The notes beneath the pieces are model-generated. The model saw only the letters and a program-made list of their open reading frames with translations, had not been told where the DNA came from and did no database searches. The position numbers and the translations under genes were made by a program. Below are positions 1-11,085 of a DNA stretch of 56,175 nt, in pieces. This stretch comes from Actinomycetota bacterium (lineage in GTDB: Bacteria; Actinomycetota; Actinomycetes; Actinomycetales; Microbacteriaceae), in contig WLEA01000001.1 of NCBI GenBank assembly GCA_009704535.1, forward strand, positions 1 to 56,175, written 5' to 3'. The stretch's first letter is position 1; the number at the start of each line of letters is the position of its first letter.

Positions 1-1032
1 CAGAAGTGCGAGTGCTGAGCCTGCCGACATTCCCGGAGGAACCCGAAGTGAAAGCTTGGCGGAAACCTCCGGCAGCAGGCTATTCGATGCGTGTGCGACG
101 CTCGGAATATCCATTCCCGTAATCGTGAGCGCGGCTGATCGCCACAGACGCTGGGGAACCGAACCACGGCCAACCTCGCTGACCCCCTGGGCAAGGGGCG
201 CCTCGTGACCGACTTTGTGGACTTCGCCTGACTTGCTCTGCTCTACGCCCTCGAGGCCACTGATGGCGAGTCCGCCCTGCGCGTCATAAAACGACGCGGC
301 AAGAGCCACAAACGCCATCATGGCATCGGGCAACACGCCACCGAACATGCCCGAGTGCACCGCATGGTTCAGGGTTCGCACTCGCAACGTGGCGGTCACG
401 TTACCCCGGAGACTCACCGTCAGCGCCGGTGTTGTGCTGGACGGGTTGTCTGAGTCCGCGACGATGATGACCTCGCCCTGGAGTAGCTCACGATGTTCAT
501 CCAGGAAGCCGGCAAATGAGGGCGACCCGTTTTCTTCCTCACCCTCGATGAACACTACGAGCCCCAGGCGAAGATCTCCCGCGTGATGCGTGGCTAGTGC
601 CCGAAGGGCCGCGAGGTGAACCGCAATCCCGGCCTTATCGTCAGCACTTCCCCGCCCGTAGAGGCGCCCGTCACGAACGGTCGGCTCGAATGCCGGACTA
701 TCCCACTGCGTTTCCTCCCCGGGAGGCTGGACATCGTGGTGAGCGTAGAGAACCACCGTCGGAGCATTCCCTACCGGTTCACGACGGGCAATCACGGCGG
801 GGGCTCCCCCACCGTTCCGATAAACGCCGACCGTGCTAAACAGACCCGTTGCAGTGAACAGGTCTTCCACGCGGGCGGCGCTGTCGTCCAGGTGAGCGTG
901 ATCAAAGCCCTCCCACGACACCGAAGGAATCCGAATTAGGCCAGACAAATCAGCCACGATTTGGGGCGCGCCAGCAACGACCAGGTCGCGCAACCCTGAA
1001 ACATCTCGCGCGGAGCTTTCCCCCTGTGACAT
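1..1032 (-). CDS. M20/M25/M40 family metallopeptidase (dipeptidase), 3'-truncated by the window edge
   Basis: Manual translation from ATG 1032 (MSQGESSARD...LIRIPSVS) gives VLYAHHDVQPP, YGRGSADDKA and IEGEEENGS motifs; TAAGAT -10 element 7 nt upstream. Confidence 0.85.
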   Translation of the reverse strand, partial: MSQGESSARDVSGLRDLVVAGAPQIVADLSGLIRIPSVSWEGFDHAHLDDSAARVEDLFTATGLFSTVGVYRNGGGAPAVIARREPVGNAPTVVLYAHHDVQPPGEETQWDSPAFEPTVRDGRLYGRGSADDKAGIAVHLAALRALATHHAGDLRLGLVVFIEGEEENGSPSFAGFLDEHRELLQGEVIIVADSDNPSSTTPALTVSLRGNVTATLRVRTLNHAVHSGMFGGVLPDAMMAFVALAASFYDAQGGLAISGLEGVEQSKSGEVHKVGHEAPLAQGVSEVGRGSVPQRLWRSAALTITGMDIPSVAHASNSLLPEVSAKLSLRVPPGMSAGSALALL

Positions 1033-1076
1033 GCGGGTAATCTTAGGGGAGCTTCCCCACAAGATAGAGGTGACCT

Positions 1077-1619
1077 GTGGCCCAGACCCACGACGACGAC
1101 TCCCCTGAGACCGGCGCCGGTAAAGGCCGGCCGACACCGAGGAGGAGAGACCGTGAGGCTGAGCACAAAAGACCTCTGGTAACAAACAATCGGAAAGAGG
1201 CCCGGGCGAAACTCGCCGCCAGTCGCGAGAAGGCTCGCATTGGCATGGCCAATGGCGAAGAACGTTTTCTCCCTCTGCGGGACAAGGGTCCCCAGCGCAA
1301 ATGGTCGAGAGACTACGTGGATGCCCGATGGAACTTTGGTGAGTTTCTAATACCGGTCATGTTCGCCGTCATCATTGCGACGTTCCTCCCCTCACTCGAG
1401 GCCCAGTTCATCGCGATTTCGGTTCTGTGGGGTTTCTTCCTCTTGACTGTGCTCGACTCCATCTGGGTCGGCAACCGGGTTCGCAAGGGCCTGCGCGAGA
1501 AGTACGGTGTCGACAACGTCGAAAACGGCGTCCGCTGGTACTCAGCCATGCGGGCACTGCAAATGAGGGGTCTACGTCTGCCCAAGCCCCAGGTCAAGCG
1601 CGGCGAAAAGCCGAGCTAG
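1077..1619 (+). CDS. DUF3043 family membrane protein
   Basis: GKGRPTP, RDKGPQR, RDYVDAR and RxLRLPKPQVKRG motifs; two TM segments; typical position next to the dipeptidase. Confidence 0.85.
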   Translation: MAQTHDDDSPETGAGKGRPTPRRRDREAEHKRPLVTNNRKEARAKLAASREKARIGMANGEERFLPLRDKGPQRKWSRDYVDARWNFGEFLIPVMFAVIIATFLPSLEAQFIAISVLWGFFLLTVLDSIWVGNRVRKGLREKYGVDNVENGVRWYSAMRALQMRGLRLPKPQVKRGEKPS

Positions 1620-2647
1620 GCCGTAGCTGCCTGCAGTTCCGTAGTGACCTTCGCGGCAAAAAGCGGCCCCCGGTAAACAAAGCCGGTGTAGGCCTGAACC
1701 AGTGTGGCCCCGGCGTCGAGTCGCTCCGCTACGTCCGCTCCGTCAAAAACTCCCCCGACAGAGATGACACAGACCTCCCGGGGAAGAATCTGGCGCACCA
1801 AACCCAGTACTTCCCTGGATCGCCCTCGAAGGGGGGCTCCCGAGAGACCGCCCTCACCAAGCCTCGCGACATCCTGGGGCGATGCGGTCAAGCCCTCTCG
1901 CGAAATAGTGGTGTTGGTTGCAACAACGCCGGCGAGATCAAGCTCCATAACGAGTTTGCACACTGACGCAATCGCCTTCGCCTCCAAATCTGGAGCAATC
2001 TTGACCAAGACAGGAGTATTGCCCGCTGCGGCCTTGACCGCGCTCAGCAGCGGGGTGAGTTCCTTTTCGTGCTGGAGTCCCCGCAACCCCGGGGTGTTGG
2101 GAGAACTCACGTTGACGACGAGATAGTCGGCAACGGGGGCCAATAGCTTCGCACTGGTTACGTAGTCCGAGGTGGCATGGGTAATCGCCGTTGCTCGGCT
2201 CTTTCCGATGTTGACACCAATGATGGGTAGCGTGCCACCCTTGGCACGAAGCGCGCGAAGCCGCGCCGCGACCACCCTCGCGCCATCATTGTTGAACCCC
2301 ATCCGGTTAATCAGAGCCTGGTCATCGGGAAGTCGAAACAGTCTGGGCTTGGGGTTTCCCTGTTGGGGCAACGCGGTTATTGTTCCCACTTCTACGTGGT
2401 CAAACCCCAGAGCGAAGATGCCCCGAACAGCCTTGGCGTTCTTGTCGAACCCAGCGGCAAGTCCGACAGGTGAACCAAACGACAGCCCGAGTGCATTCAC
2501 CCGTTGCGAGGGACTGGGCGCGGTCGTCCGGCGGAGAACAGGATGCAGTGGCCACTTACCGGCCAGAGCAATGACGCGCATGCCCCACTCGTGGGTGAAC
2601 TCAGGATCCAGCCGCTTCAAGAGAAGAAACAGAGCCTCGTATATCAA
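1616..2647 (-). CDS. pyrD: Quinone-dependent dihydroorotate dehydrogenase
   Basis: [32 protein letters not shown] and GGLSG motifs. Confidence 0.95.
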   Translation of the reverse strand: MIYEALFLLLKRLDPEFTHEWGMRVIALAGKWPLHPVLRRTTAPSPSQRVNALGLSFGSPVGLAAGFDKNAKAVRGIFALGFDHVEVGTITALPQQGNPKPRLFRLPDDQALINRMGFNNDGARVVAARLRALRAKGGTLPIIGVNIGKSRATAITHATSDYVTSAKLLAPVADYLVVNVSSPNTPGLRGLQHEKELTPLLSAVKAAAGNTPVLVKIAPDLEAKAIASVCKLVMELDLAGVVATNTTISREGLTASPQDVARLGEGGLSGAPLRGRSREVLGLVRQILPREVCVISVGGVFDGADVAERLDAGATLVQAYTGFVYRGPLFAAKVTTELQAATA

Positions 2648-3108
2648 GCCTCGTCCTCCGCGGGAGCACTGGAGCGCAGGGCACCAATTGCAGTCTCAAA
2701 GTCTTCAAGTGAGTCAAAGGCTTGATACACCGAGGCAAATCTGAGATACGCCACTTCATCGAGTTCTCGCAGTGGTTCCAGAATGGACAGTCCAATGTCG
2801 TTCGCGTCTACCTGAGACGCGCCGGTTTGGCGGATTGTCTCCTCGACCCTTTGCGCCAACTGCGCCAAATCCTGGTCTGTTACCGGTCGCCCTTGACACG
2901 CCTTCTTCACTCCGGCGGCAATCTTCTCTCGGGAGAAAGGCTCGGTTACCCCGCTGCGCTTGATGACGCTCAAGCTCGCCGTCTCGAGTGTCGAGAAACG
3001 CCGGCCACACTCTGGACATTGGCGACGCCTACGAATGGACAGGCCATCATCACTCGTTCTCGAGTCGATGACCCGACTATCGGGATGGCGACAAAAAGGG
3101 CAATACAT
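2644..3108 (-). CDS. nrdR: Transcriptional repressor NrdR
   Basis: CPFC...RRRRQCPEC zinc ribbon, ATP cone, AYLRFASVY. Confidence 0.97.
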   Translation of the reverse strand: MYCPFCRHPDSRVIDSRTSDDGLSIRRRRQCPECGRRFSTLETASLSVIKRSGVTEPFSREKIAAGVKKACQGRPVTDQDLAQLAQRVEETIRQTGASQVDANDIGLSILEPLRELDEVAYLRFASVYQAFDSLEDFETAIGALRSSAPAEDEA

Positions 3109-3138
3109 GGTGGCCTAAGCCTATAGACAACGGGCTAA

Positions 3139-4452
3139 TCAGAGGCCTTCTTCAGCGCGCACAGTCACAGCATCACCGTGGGCCGGAAGGTTCTCCGCCC
3201 GCGCAAAGGTGACAATCTTCTCGGCAATGTGGCTAAGGGCGCCCTTGTCGTAGTCAATAATCTGCTGACTCCGCAAGAACGTGGCCGGGGATAACCCTGA
3301 GCTAAAGCGCGCCGCTCCCCCCGTGGGCAATACGTGATTCGAGCCGGCGAGATAATCTCCGGCACTAACCGGTGTGTAGTCGCCGAGAAAAATCGCTCCT
3401 GCATCGGTCAAACCATCGAGAATATCCTCGGGGTTCTCCACCATGACCTCAAGGTGTTCCGGCGCTACCGCGTTGGACATCATCACGGCCTGATCCATCG
3501 AATCCACCACAAAAATGGCGGATTGCTCGCCCTGGAGCGCGGCCTGAACCCGAGCGGCATGGTGGGTTGATTGAGCCCGGCGAGTCAAAGCCTTTGTCAC
3601 GCGCTCGGCAAGCTCCATGGATGTCGTGATGAGTATGGCTGATGCCAGTTCATCGTGCTCTGCTTGGGAAATTAGGTCCGCGGCGACAAACTCTGGGTGC
3701 GCGGTCTCATCGGCGATGATGCCGATCTCCGTCGGGCCAGCCTCAGAATCGATGCCGACAACACCGTGAACGAGTCGTTTCGCCGTGGCGACATAGCGAT
3801 TGCCGGGTCCGGTAATCACCGACACCGGCCGGAAGCCAATTTCTACAACTCCATGAGCCAACGCGGCAATTGCCCCCGCTCCCCCCATGGCATAGACCTC
3901 GGTCACGCCCAGTAGTGCGGCTGCCGCGGCAATGCTTGGGTGAATCTCACCGCCACAGTCCGCCTGAGCTGGCGATGCCATCACAATCTCCCGCACGCCA
4001 GCGGCCTGGGCGGCAACAACATTCATAATTACGCTCGAGGGATAGACAGCTTTACCACCGGGCACATAGACACCTGCCCGCGCGACCGGAACCCACCTGG
4101 TGCGAACGCTTCCGCCCGTGTGAAAATCGGTCTGTGAGGAAGCAGGAACGCTATCTTCAGAAGCAGCCCTAACACGTCGAATGGCCTCATCCATGGCCTC
4201 GCGAAGCCCCCTGTCGAGCTCGCGCAGGCTCTGGGATAGGTAGTCCTGGCTGACCACTATCGAGTGCCCGCTGACCTGGTCAAAACGTTGCGCTTGGCTC
4301 TCCAGTGCCGTGACACCGCCGCTGGTGACCTCCGCCATGAGCGCAGTGACCACGGCAACAAGGTCTTCGCCTTCGATAACAACCCGCGGCACAAACCCCG
4401 GTGCGCTCTCGGGGGTGATACTCATCCCGCGAAGATCAGATATGCGAATCAT
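3139..4452 (-). CDS. hisD: Histidinol dehydrogenase
   Basis: YVPGG, GPGNxYV, AGPTE, SQAEHD, APEHLE and GxNHVLPT motifs. Confidence 0.96.
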   Translation of the reverse strand: MIRISDLRGMSITPESAPGFVPRVVIEGEDLVAVVTALMAEVTSGGVTALESQAQRFDQVSGHSIVVSQDYLSQSLRELDRGLREAMDEAIRRVRAASEDSVPASSQTDFHTGGSVRTRWVPVARAGVYVPGGKAVYPSSVIMNVVAAQAAGVREIVMASPAQADCGGEIHPSIAAAAALLGVTEVYAMGGAGAIAALAHGVVEIGFRPVSVITGPGNRYVATAKRLVHGVVGIDSEAGPTEIGIIADETAHPEFVAADLISQAEHDELASAILITTSMELAERVTKALTRRAQSTHHAARVQAALQGEQSAIFVVDSMDQAVMMSNAVAPEHLEVMVENPEDILDGLTDAGAIFLGDYTPVSAGDYLAGSNHVLPTGGAARFSSGLSPATFLRSQQIIDYDKGALSHIAEKIVTFARAENLPAHGDAVTVRAEEGL

Positions 4453-4518
4453 GGCGATTACATCGTAGTCGGAGGGTTCGGGAATACACCCTGCCGCTCT
4501 GGCGTTAAGCTAGGTGAA

Positions 4519-5019
4519 ATGACTGACTACAGCGAACTCTCTCCCTCCCAAATCTTCCTGGAAGCTTTCCGTCGTCACGGCGCAGGAATCTCGGTAGTGA
4601 CCGCCCTCAAGAAGGACGGCTCCCCTACCGGTTTCACTGCCACCTCATTGGCTTCGCTCTCAGCAGCACCGCCATTGGCCACGTTTAACATGTCGCAGAC
4701 CGCCAGTTCCTGGTCATCCATGAAAGTTGACCAGTCGGTCATCATTCATATGCTCAGCACCGACAACCTCGACCTTGCCCAAAAAATGTCGGGCGAGGCA
4801 AGCGAGCGTTTTGCCGGTGACCACTGGTCTCCTGGACCCGACGGTCTCCCACTCCTCACCGGGGTTTCAGCCTGGCTACACGCCAAGATAGTCGACACCA
4901 TGGAGGTCGAGTTCAGCGCGAGCGTCGCTGTGCGCATTCTCGGTGGCAACGTCGGCCCAGGTGGTGACGCTCTGGTCTACCAGGGCAAGGACTACCGCGG
5001 GACCACTTCGCTGGGCTAG
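4519..5019 (+). CDS. Flavin reductase family protein
   Basis: AFRRH, GFTATSLASLSxxPP and LVY motifs; start placed at ATG 4519 behind a TAAGCT -10 element. Confidence 0.85.
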   Translation: MTDYSELSPSQIFLEAFRRHGAGISVVTALKKDGSPTGFTATSLASLSAAPPLATFNMSQTASSWSSMKVDQSVIIHMLSTDNLDLAQKMSGEASERFAGDHWSPGPDGLPLLTGVSAWLHAKIVDTMEVEFSASVAVRILGGNVGPGGDALVYQGKDYRGTTSLG

Positions 5020-5028
5020 AGGGTGTGT

Positions 5029-8000
5029 CTAGGCGCTGAGGCATGCAGAGCCCAGCAAGCTTTTGACCTCGCCAATGAGGTCCAGGCTCACGGTGACCTT
5101 GCGTGGCAGCTCAAAGACGCGTGCGACCCCGGAGTTGACCAGGCGGAGCCTCACGACCGCCTGGCCCGCATGGCGCTCAAGAGCCTGATCCAGCGCTGTC
5201 AACACCGACACGGTGGCGAACTTCTCCGCAACCGTCAGCGTGAGTGGCTCGTCGGGAGAATCCACGCTAATCGAGAGTGGAATCAACTCCACCGCGTGCA
5301 AGCCAATACCCTCGTCGCGCTTGGAAACTCGGCCGCGCAACGCCACCACGCTATCGCTCACCAGTTCTGACTGGTAGTTCTGATAGGTCTTTCCCAGAAA
5401 CATGACGGAGATTTCACCGCCGAAATCTTCGATGGTGACTTGCGCGTAGGGGTTGCCGTTGGACCGGGCAACTCGATGATTCACGCCGGTGATCAGGCCA
5501 GAGATGGTGAGTACTTCACCATCGTCTTTATCGGAAGATAAGAGCTCCGCGATGGAGAGGTCAGCTTCCCGAGCCAAGGGGATTTCCAGCCCTGCCAGTG
5601 GGTGATCAGAGACATAGAGCCCCAGCATTTCGCGCTCTAAGCCGAGGAGCTCCTTCCTGGGCCACTCAGGGCGCTCAGGCACCCGCTGCGTGCTCGGTTC
5701 GCCGGCGTCGTCAAGAAGGCTGTCGAAGTCAAAACCGACATCGCCGTGCTCTTCGGCCTTCTTGCTACGAATCGCCCCCTCGACAACGGACTCGTGGACC
5801 TCAAACAGGGCTCGCCTGGTGTCGCCAAGCTGGTCAAAGGCGCCAGCTTTTACAAGGGATTCGACGGTGCGCTTATTGAGCACTGTCGAGGGAACCTTTT
5901 TGACAAAATCATGGAAACCCACAAATGCACCCTGTGACTCCCGTGCGGTCCGAATCGCGTCCACGACACCAACGCCAACATTGCGAATAGCGGCAAGGCC
6001 AAACCTGATGTCCTCCCCCACAGCCGCAAATGTTGCAAACGACTCATTCACATCTGGTGGCAGGACATTAATGCCCATGCGCCGGCACTCATTGAGATAG
6101 ATGGCAGATTTGTCCTTTTGATCGCTGACACTCGTCAGCAGTGCCGCCATGTATTCCGCTGGGTAGTGGGCCTTGAGGAAGGCGGTCCAGTAGGAAATCA
6201 TCCCGTAGGCGGCCGAGTGTGCCTTATTGAAGGCATAGTCGGAGAAGGGAACCAACACTTCCCACAGGGTACTCACCGCGTCATCAGAAAAACCGTTGCC
6301 GTTCATTCCAGCCCGGAACGCCTCAAACTGAACGTCGAGTTCTTCCTTCTTCTTCTTACCCATCGCGCGCCTGAGCAGGTCGGCTTGAGCGAGCGTGTAT
6401 CCAGCTAGCTTCTGGGCGATCTCCATCACCTGCTCTTGATACACAATCAGGCCATAGGTGGTCCCCAGGATCTGCTCGAGAGCTTCAGCTAACTCCGGGT
6501 GGAGCGGAGTGATCCGCTGAGCTCCGTTCTTCCGCAGAGCGTAGTTGGTGTGTGAGTCTGCGCCCATGGGCCCTGGACGATACAGCGCCAATACCGCCGA
6601 GATGTCCTCAAAGGTGTCGGGCTTCAGCAACCGCAGGAGGCTGCGCATTGGTCCACCATCAAGCTGGAATACCCCGAGCGTGTCGCCCCTGGCCAACAGC
6701 CTGTATGCCTCAGGGTCATCGAGGGTGAGATCCTCCAGGACGGGTCGCTCGCCTCTGTTGGCTTCAATATTGTCCAACGCGTCATCAATGATGGTGAGGT
6801 TCCGAAGCGACAGGAAGTCCATTTTCACGAGCCCTAGGGCCTCAGCCGCGGGGAAATCAAACTGGGTGACGATTTGGCCGTCTTGCTCGCGCTTCATTAT
6901 GGGAACAATGTCGATCAGTGGCTCACTCGACATAATCACACCGGCGGCGTGAACACCCCACTGTCGTTTGAGGTTTTCTAGACCCTGGGCCCGATCAAAA
7001 ACAATCTGTGCGTCCCGATCACTATCTAGAAAAGCCCGGAAGTCCGCCGCTTCCTTGTAACGCTCGTGGGTCTTGTCCGTGATGCCGGCGAGAACCATCT
7101 CCTTGCCCATGACGCCAGGGGGCATTAGTTTGGTGAGCTTCTCACCCATTCCGTAGGGGTAACCCAAAACGCGTGCAGCATCCTTGAGGGCCTGCTTAGC
7201 CTTGATGGTGCCAAAAGTCACGATTTGGGCAACCCGCTCATCGCCGTATTTCTCGGTCACATAGCGAATCACCTCACCGCGGCGACGCTCGTCGAAGTCA
7301 ACGTCAAAGTCGGGCATCGAAACACGCTCGGGATTCAAGAATCGCTCAAAAATGAGACCGTGTTCGAGCGGGTCAAGCTCCGTAATGCGCATGGCAAAAG
7401 CCGCCATCGATCCGGCGCCCGACCCGCGGCCGGGGCCCACTCGAATGCCGTGGTTTTTGGCCCAGTTAATAAAATCAGCCACCACCAGGAAGTAGCTGGC
7501 AAACCCCATTTGGATAATCACACCGATTTCGTAATCAGCCTGTGCTGTGACCCGCTCAGGAATACCGTGGGGATATCGGACAGCAAGACCACGGTGCACT
7601 TCTTTCTCAAAGAAACTTGCCTCCGTCTCGCCCTCTGGCACGGGGAAGCGGGGCATGTAGTTGGCGCTCTCATCAAAACTCACCGATGCCCGCTGGGCGA
7701 TCAGCAACGTGTTGTCGCTGGCCTCGGGGAACTCTGCGAAGAGTTGGCGCATCTGCGCGGGTGTTTTGAGATAGAACTCGTCAGAATCAAATTTGAAGCG
7801 CTTGGGATCATCCAGGGTCGAACCGGACTGCACGCACAGCAGTGCGGCGTGAGCGTCAGCATCAGCGGCAGTTGTGTAGTGCAGATCATTGGTGGCCACC
7901 AAGGGCAGTCCCAGGTCTTTGGCCAGCTTCAGCAAATCCCCAATGACCCGCTTCTCGAGGCCAAGCCCGTGGTCCATGATCTCGACGAAGTAGTTATCCG

Positions 8001-8556
8001 CTCCGAAAATGTCACGGAACTCGGCTGCTGCCCGCACCGCGTCGTCGTATTGGCCAAGGCGTAGCCTGGTCTGAACTTCACCACTGGGACAGCCCGTGGT
8101 CGCAATCACTCCAGCGCTGTAGCGCTGGAGGAGATCTCGGTCCATGCGGGGTTTGAAGTAATGCCCCTCGAGAGACGCTAGGGACGACATCCGGAAAAGG
8201 TTGTGCATTCCTTGCGTAGTCTCCGAAAGCAAGGTGATGTGGGTGTAACTGCCAGCCCCCGAGACGTCGTCTTCCCCGCCGCCGCCCCACTGAACTCGGG
8301 TTTTGTCGCCGCGATGCGTGCCAGGGGTGAGATATGCCTCGATGCCAATAATGGGGTTGACCCCTGATGCTGTGGCTTGGCGCCAAAACTCGTAAGCGCC
8401 AAACATGACCCCGTGGTCAGTGATGGCGACGCCCGGCATTTCTAGGCGGGCAACTTCTGCGATGAGGGCCGAAATCTTTGCAGCGCCATCGAGCATCGAG
8501 TACTCAGTGTGAACGTGAAGATGCGCAAAAGAGTCACCAGCGGAACTCACCAACAC
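5029..8556 (-). CDS. dnaE: DNA polymerase III alpha subunit
   Basis: PHP domain HLHVHTEYS, GRGSGAGS, PDFDVDF, FNKAHSAAY, C-terminal OB fold; no intein seen. Confidence 0.97.
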   Translation of the reverse strand: MLVSSAGDSFAHLHVHTEYSMLDGAAKISALIAEVARLEMPGVAITDHGVMFGAYEFWRQATASGVNPIIGIEAYLTPGTHRGDKTRVQWGGGGEDDVSGAGSYTHITLLSETTQGMHNLFRMSSLASLEGHYFKPRMDRDLLQRYSAGVIATTGCPSGEVQTRLRLGQYDDAVRAAAEFRDIFGADNYFVEIMDHGLGLEKRVIGDLLKLAKDLGLPLVATNDLHYTTAADADAHAALLCVQSGSTLDDPKRFKFDSDEFYLKTPAQMRQLFAEFPEASDNTLLIAQRASVSFDESANYMPRFPVPEGETEASFFEKEVHRGLAVRYPHGIPERVTAQADYEIGVIIQMGFASYFLVVADFINWAKNHGIRVGPGRGSGAGSMAAFAMRITELDPLEHGLIFERFLNPERVSMPDFDVDFDERRRGEVIRYVTEKYGDERVAQIVTFGTIKAKQALKDAARVLGYPYGMGEKLTKLMPPGVMGKEMVLAGITDKTHERYKEAADFRAFLDSDRDAQIVFDRAQGLENLKRQWGVHAAGVIMSSEPLIDIVPIMKREQDGQIVTQFDFPAAEALGLVKMDFLSLRNLTIIDDALDNIEANRGERPVLEDLTLDDPEAYRLLARGDTLGVFQLDGGPMRSLLRLLKPDTFEDISAVLALYRPGPMGADSHTNYALRKNGAQRITPLHPELAEALEQILGTTYGLIVYQEQVMEIAQKLAGYTLAQADLLRRAMGKKKKEELDVQFEAFRAGMNGNGFSDDAVSTLWEVLVPFSDYAFNKAHSAAYGMISYWTAFLKAHYPAEYMAALLTSVSDQKDKSAIYLNECRRMGINVLPPDVNESFATFAAVGEDIRFGLAAIRNVGVGVVDAIRTARESQGAFVGFHDFVKKVPSTVLNKRTVESLVKAGAFDQLGDTRRALFEVHESVVEGAIRSKKAEEHGDVGFDFDSLLDDAGEPSTQRVPERPEWPRKELLGLEREMLGLYVSDHPLAGLEIPLAREADLSIAELLSSDKDDGEVLTISGLITGVNHRVARSNGNPYAQVTIEDFGGEISVMFLGKTYQNYQSELVSDSVVALRGRVSKRDEGIGLHAVELIPLSISVDSPDEPLTLTVAEKFATVSVLTALDQALERHAGQAVVRLRLVNSGVARVFELPRKVTVSLDLIGEVKSLLGSACLSA

Positions 8557-8625
8557 CTCCTCGTAGCCCTTGAATCTCTAGCGTAAACCGCGCTGGGGCC
8601 GGCCCTCGACGGCAGTCCCGGCGCG

Positions 8626-9546
8626 TTAGCCTCGCAGCCGATCGAGCGCCCCTTGCAGGTCATCAGGGTACGTGCTGCGCACGATAATCTGCTTGTGGCT
8701 CACCGGATGAACAAACGATAATTCCATGGCGTGGAGCCACTGGCGCTCGAGGCCAAGTCGCTCCGCGAGCACGGGGTCAGCGCCGTAGAGCGTGTCGCCC
8801 ACAATAGGGTGACGGTGCGCTGCCATGTGCACGCGTATCTGGTGGGTGCGCCCCGTCTCCAAGCTGACGCTCATCAGCGAAGCGGCGGGGAACGCTTCCA
8901 GCGTTTCGTAATGAGTAATGGAATCGCGCCCACCAGCGACAACCGCGAATCTCCAGGACGAGCTTGGGTGCCGGCCAATAGGAGCGTCAATCGTGCCGGT
9001 ACTGGGGTCCGGGTGGCCCTGAACAAGGGCATGGTAAATCTTCTCCACTTCGCGAGCCTTGAATGCTCGCTTGAGCACGCTGTAGGCCACTTCACTCTTC
9101 GCCACTGCCATCAGGCCTGAGGTGCCGACATCTAGTCGGTGTACGATGCCCTGCCGCTCCGGTGGCCCCGAGGTCGAGATGCGATACCCAGCGCCTGCGA
9201 GAGCACCGAGAACACTGGGTCCATCCCAGCTGGGTGCCGGATGCGCAGCGAGTCCAGGTGGCTTATCGACAACAACAACGTCGTCGTCGTCATAGACAAT
9301 TGTCATTGAATCGACTATCACGGGCTCTATGCGGGGAGGCTCTCGGGGCTCAAAAGTAATGTCCAGGTAGTCCCCAGGGGAGACCCGATCGCTCTTGACC
9401 CCTGGCTTGCCTGCCACGAGCGCGCCCCCACCTTCGATGACCTCTTGGGCAAAAGCTCGAGAAAACCCAAACAACCGGGACAAGACAACGTCCAGACGTT
9501 CACCACCTAGGCCCGAGGGAACCTCCATGGATCGGGTTTCAGCCAC
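8626..9546 (-). CDS. rluD: RluA/RluD family pseudouridine synthase
   Basis: S4-like N-terminus, [17 protein letters not shown]. Confidence 0.9.
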   Translation of the reverse strand: MAETRSMEVPSGLGGERLDVVLSRLFGFSRAFAQEVIEGGGALVAGKPGVKSDRVSPGDYLDITFEPREPPRIEPVIVDSMTIVYDDDDVVVVDKPPGLAAHPAPSWDGPSVLGALAGAGYRISTSGPPERQGIVHRLDVGTSGLMAVAKSEVAYSVLKRAFKAREVEKIYHALVQGHPDPSTGTIDAPIGRHPSSSWRFAVVAGGRDSITHYETLEAFPAASLMSVSLETGRTHQIRVHMAAHRHPIVGDTLYGADPVLAERLGLERQWLHAMELSFVHPVSHKQIIVRSTYPDDLQGALDRLRG

Positions 9547-9603
9547 GGGCCAAGCCTGCAGCAGAGAGTGCGCACTCTGCGCAATCTAGCCGTGCTCGGG
9601 GGA

Positions 9604-10161
9604 TCACGCCGGAGGGGGTGCAGCTGGGGCCGAGGTCGACTCCAAAGAACGCAGCTGGTTGTTGATAAAGGACGTTAAGCTCTCACGATACTCGCGCTCA
9701 AAGTTGCGTAACTGGTCCACAGAAGCCTGAATTGCCGCGCGCTGGGTTTCAAGATGGGCGACGTGGCCACGGTGCTCAACCTCCGCCTCCGCAACAATGC
9801 GAGCAGCCTGAGCGTGACCTTCCGCGATTAGTTCGTCTCTCTTCAGAATACCTTCGCGCACGTGTTCCTCGTGCAGGCGGCGGGCGAGCTGAAGGAGATT
9901 GTTGGTGTCGTCACCATCGGCGCCACCCGCAGGGAGCGCAATTCCCACAGAACTGCTGGATCCACCACTTCGCTGCAATTCTGCGATGCGGGCATCGCTG
10001 GCAGTGATTTTTTTTGCAAGCCCTTCATTTTCCGAGGTGAGACGACGCATTTCGACGACAACCTCGTCGAGGAAATCGTCGACTTCGTCCTGGTCGTAGC
10101 CCTCACGGAACTTCGTGGACTGAAAACGCTTGTTGACAATGTCTTCTGGAGTCAGTGCCAT
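9604..10161 (-). CDS. divIVA: DivIVA/Wag31 cell division protein
   Basis: LTPEDI..KRF...FREGYDxDEVDDFLD followed by coiled coil. Confidence 0.93.
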   Translation of the reverse strand: MALTPEDIVNKRFQSTKFREGYDQDEVDDFLDEVVVEMRRLTSENEGLAKKITASDARIAELQRSGGSSSSVGIALPAGGADGDDTNNLLQLARRLHEEHVREGILKRDELIAEGHAQAARIVAEAEVEHRGHVAHLETQRAAIQASVDQLRNFEREYRESLTSFINNQLRSLESTSAPAAPPPA

Positions 10162-10271
10162 GGAAACATACCTCGTTACTGTCGTGTGGTCCCAGCACGA
10201 AACGGAGGTTGTCGTGCGGGTTCATCTTCGGCATCCTCTAGCCTAGCGCTAGGCAAAAAGAATCCCGTTAT

Positions 10272-10565
10272 CTACCCCCGGAAGCCGTCAACAATCGACA
10301 GCGCAAAGAGCGTGGCAATCATGACAACGCTCCAACCTAGATCGATGGCTGCGCCGCCAAAGCGAATAGTGGGCACGAAGCGACGGACCGCAGCTAGTGG
10401 TTTGTCGGTGACGCTGTAGGAGGCCTCGGCAACAACAAGCAACGGCCCCTTCGGCGCGAAGTTCTTTGAGAGAACCCTCACCCAATCAAAAATGAATCTC
10501 ATCCAGAGGGCGATGAAGAACACGTACAGACCAACATAAACAAGGGTGGCGAAAAAAGAAATCAT
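10272..10565 (-). CDS. yggT: YggT family membrane protein
   Basis: VTDxPLxxxRRFVP...IDL motif; position after sepF. Confidence 0.9.
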   Translation of the reverse strand: MISFFATLVYVGLYVFFIALWMRFIFDWVRVLSKNFAPKGPLLVVAEASYSVTDKPLAAVRRFVPTIRFGGAAIDLGWSVVMIATLFALSIVDGFRG

Positions 10566-10607
10566 GATGCAGTCATTATCTCGGAACCAACCGACAGTTG
10601 TCCGAGC

Positions 10608-11051
10608 CTAATCGAGCAGCGAAGCGTCAACTTCGGATTCGAAACCATCCCCATCGCCGCTCACCAGAACGTGCGAAGGAGAGAGCAAGAAGACGTTCGC
10701 TGTCACTCGCTCGATATGACCGTACAGTCCATGCGACAAACCACTAGCAAAGTCAACAAGCCGACGGGCCTCCGACTCGCTCATCTGCGTGAGATTAATA
10801 ATCACGGGAACACCCTCGCGAAACGTCTCTGCGATTACGCGTGCGTCGTCATACTTCTTGGGGTGCACAGTCAGAATCTCGTTCACGTCACTCATCCCTT
10901 GTGATTTATTGCCACGACGTAACGGGGTCACCGTGGCACGCTGAGCGGCTGGTTGTGTGAGCTGCTGAGCAACGGGGCGCTGAGGGGCATCATCGTAGGA
11001 TTCCTCCGCAAGCCCGAGAAACTCAAGCGTCTTGCGCAATGGATTCGACAT
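10608..11051 (-). CDS. sepF: Cell division protein SepF
   Basis: [20 protein letters not shown]. Confidence 0.94.
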   Translation of the reverse strand: MSNPLRKTLEFLGLAEESYDDAPQRPVAQQLTQPAAQRATVTPLRRGNKSQGMSDVNEILTVHPKKYDDARVIAETFREGVPVIINLTQMSESEARRLVDFASGLSHGLYGHIERVTANVFLLSPSHVLVSGDGDGFESEVDASLLD

Positions 11052-11085
11052 GTGTGCCTCTTTTCACGGTGAGTACGCTTTAAGG

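Noticed and set aside
1616-1619. Convergent genes sharing CTAG stop overlaps (also 31669-31672)
   Set aside because: A common result of genome compaction.
5029-8556. Intein or split in dnaE; FLSL instead of FLGL
   Set aside because: Length and motif spacing are normal; a single substitution is not interpretable.
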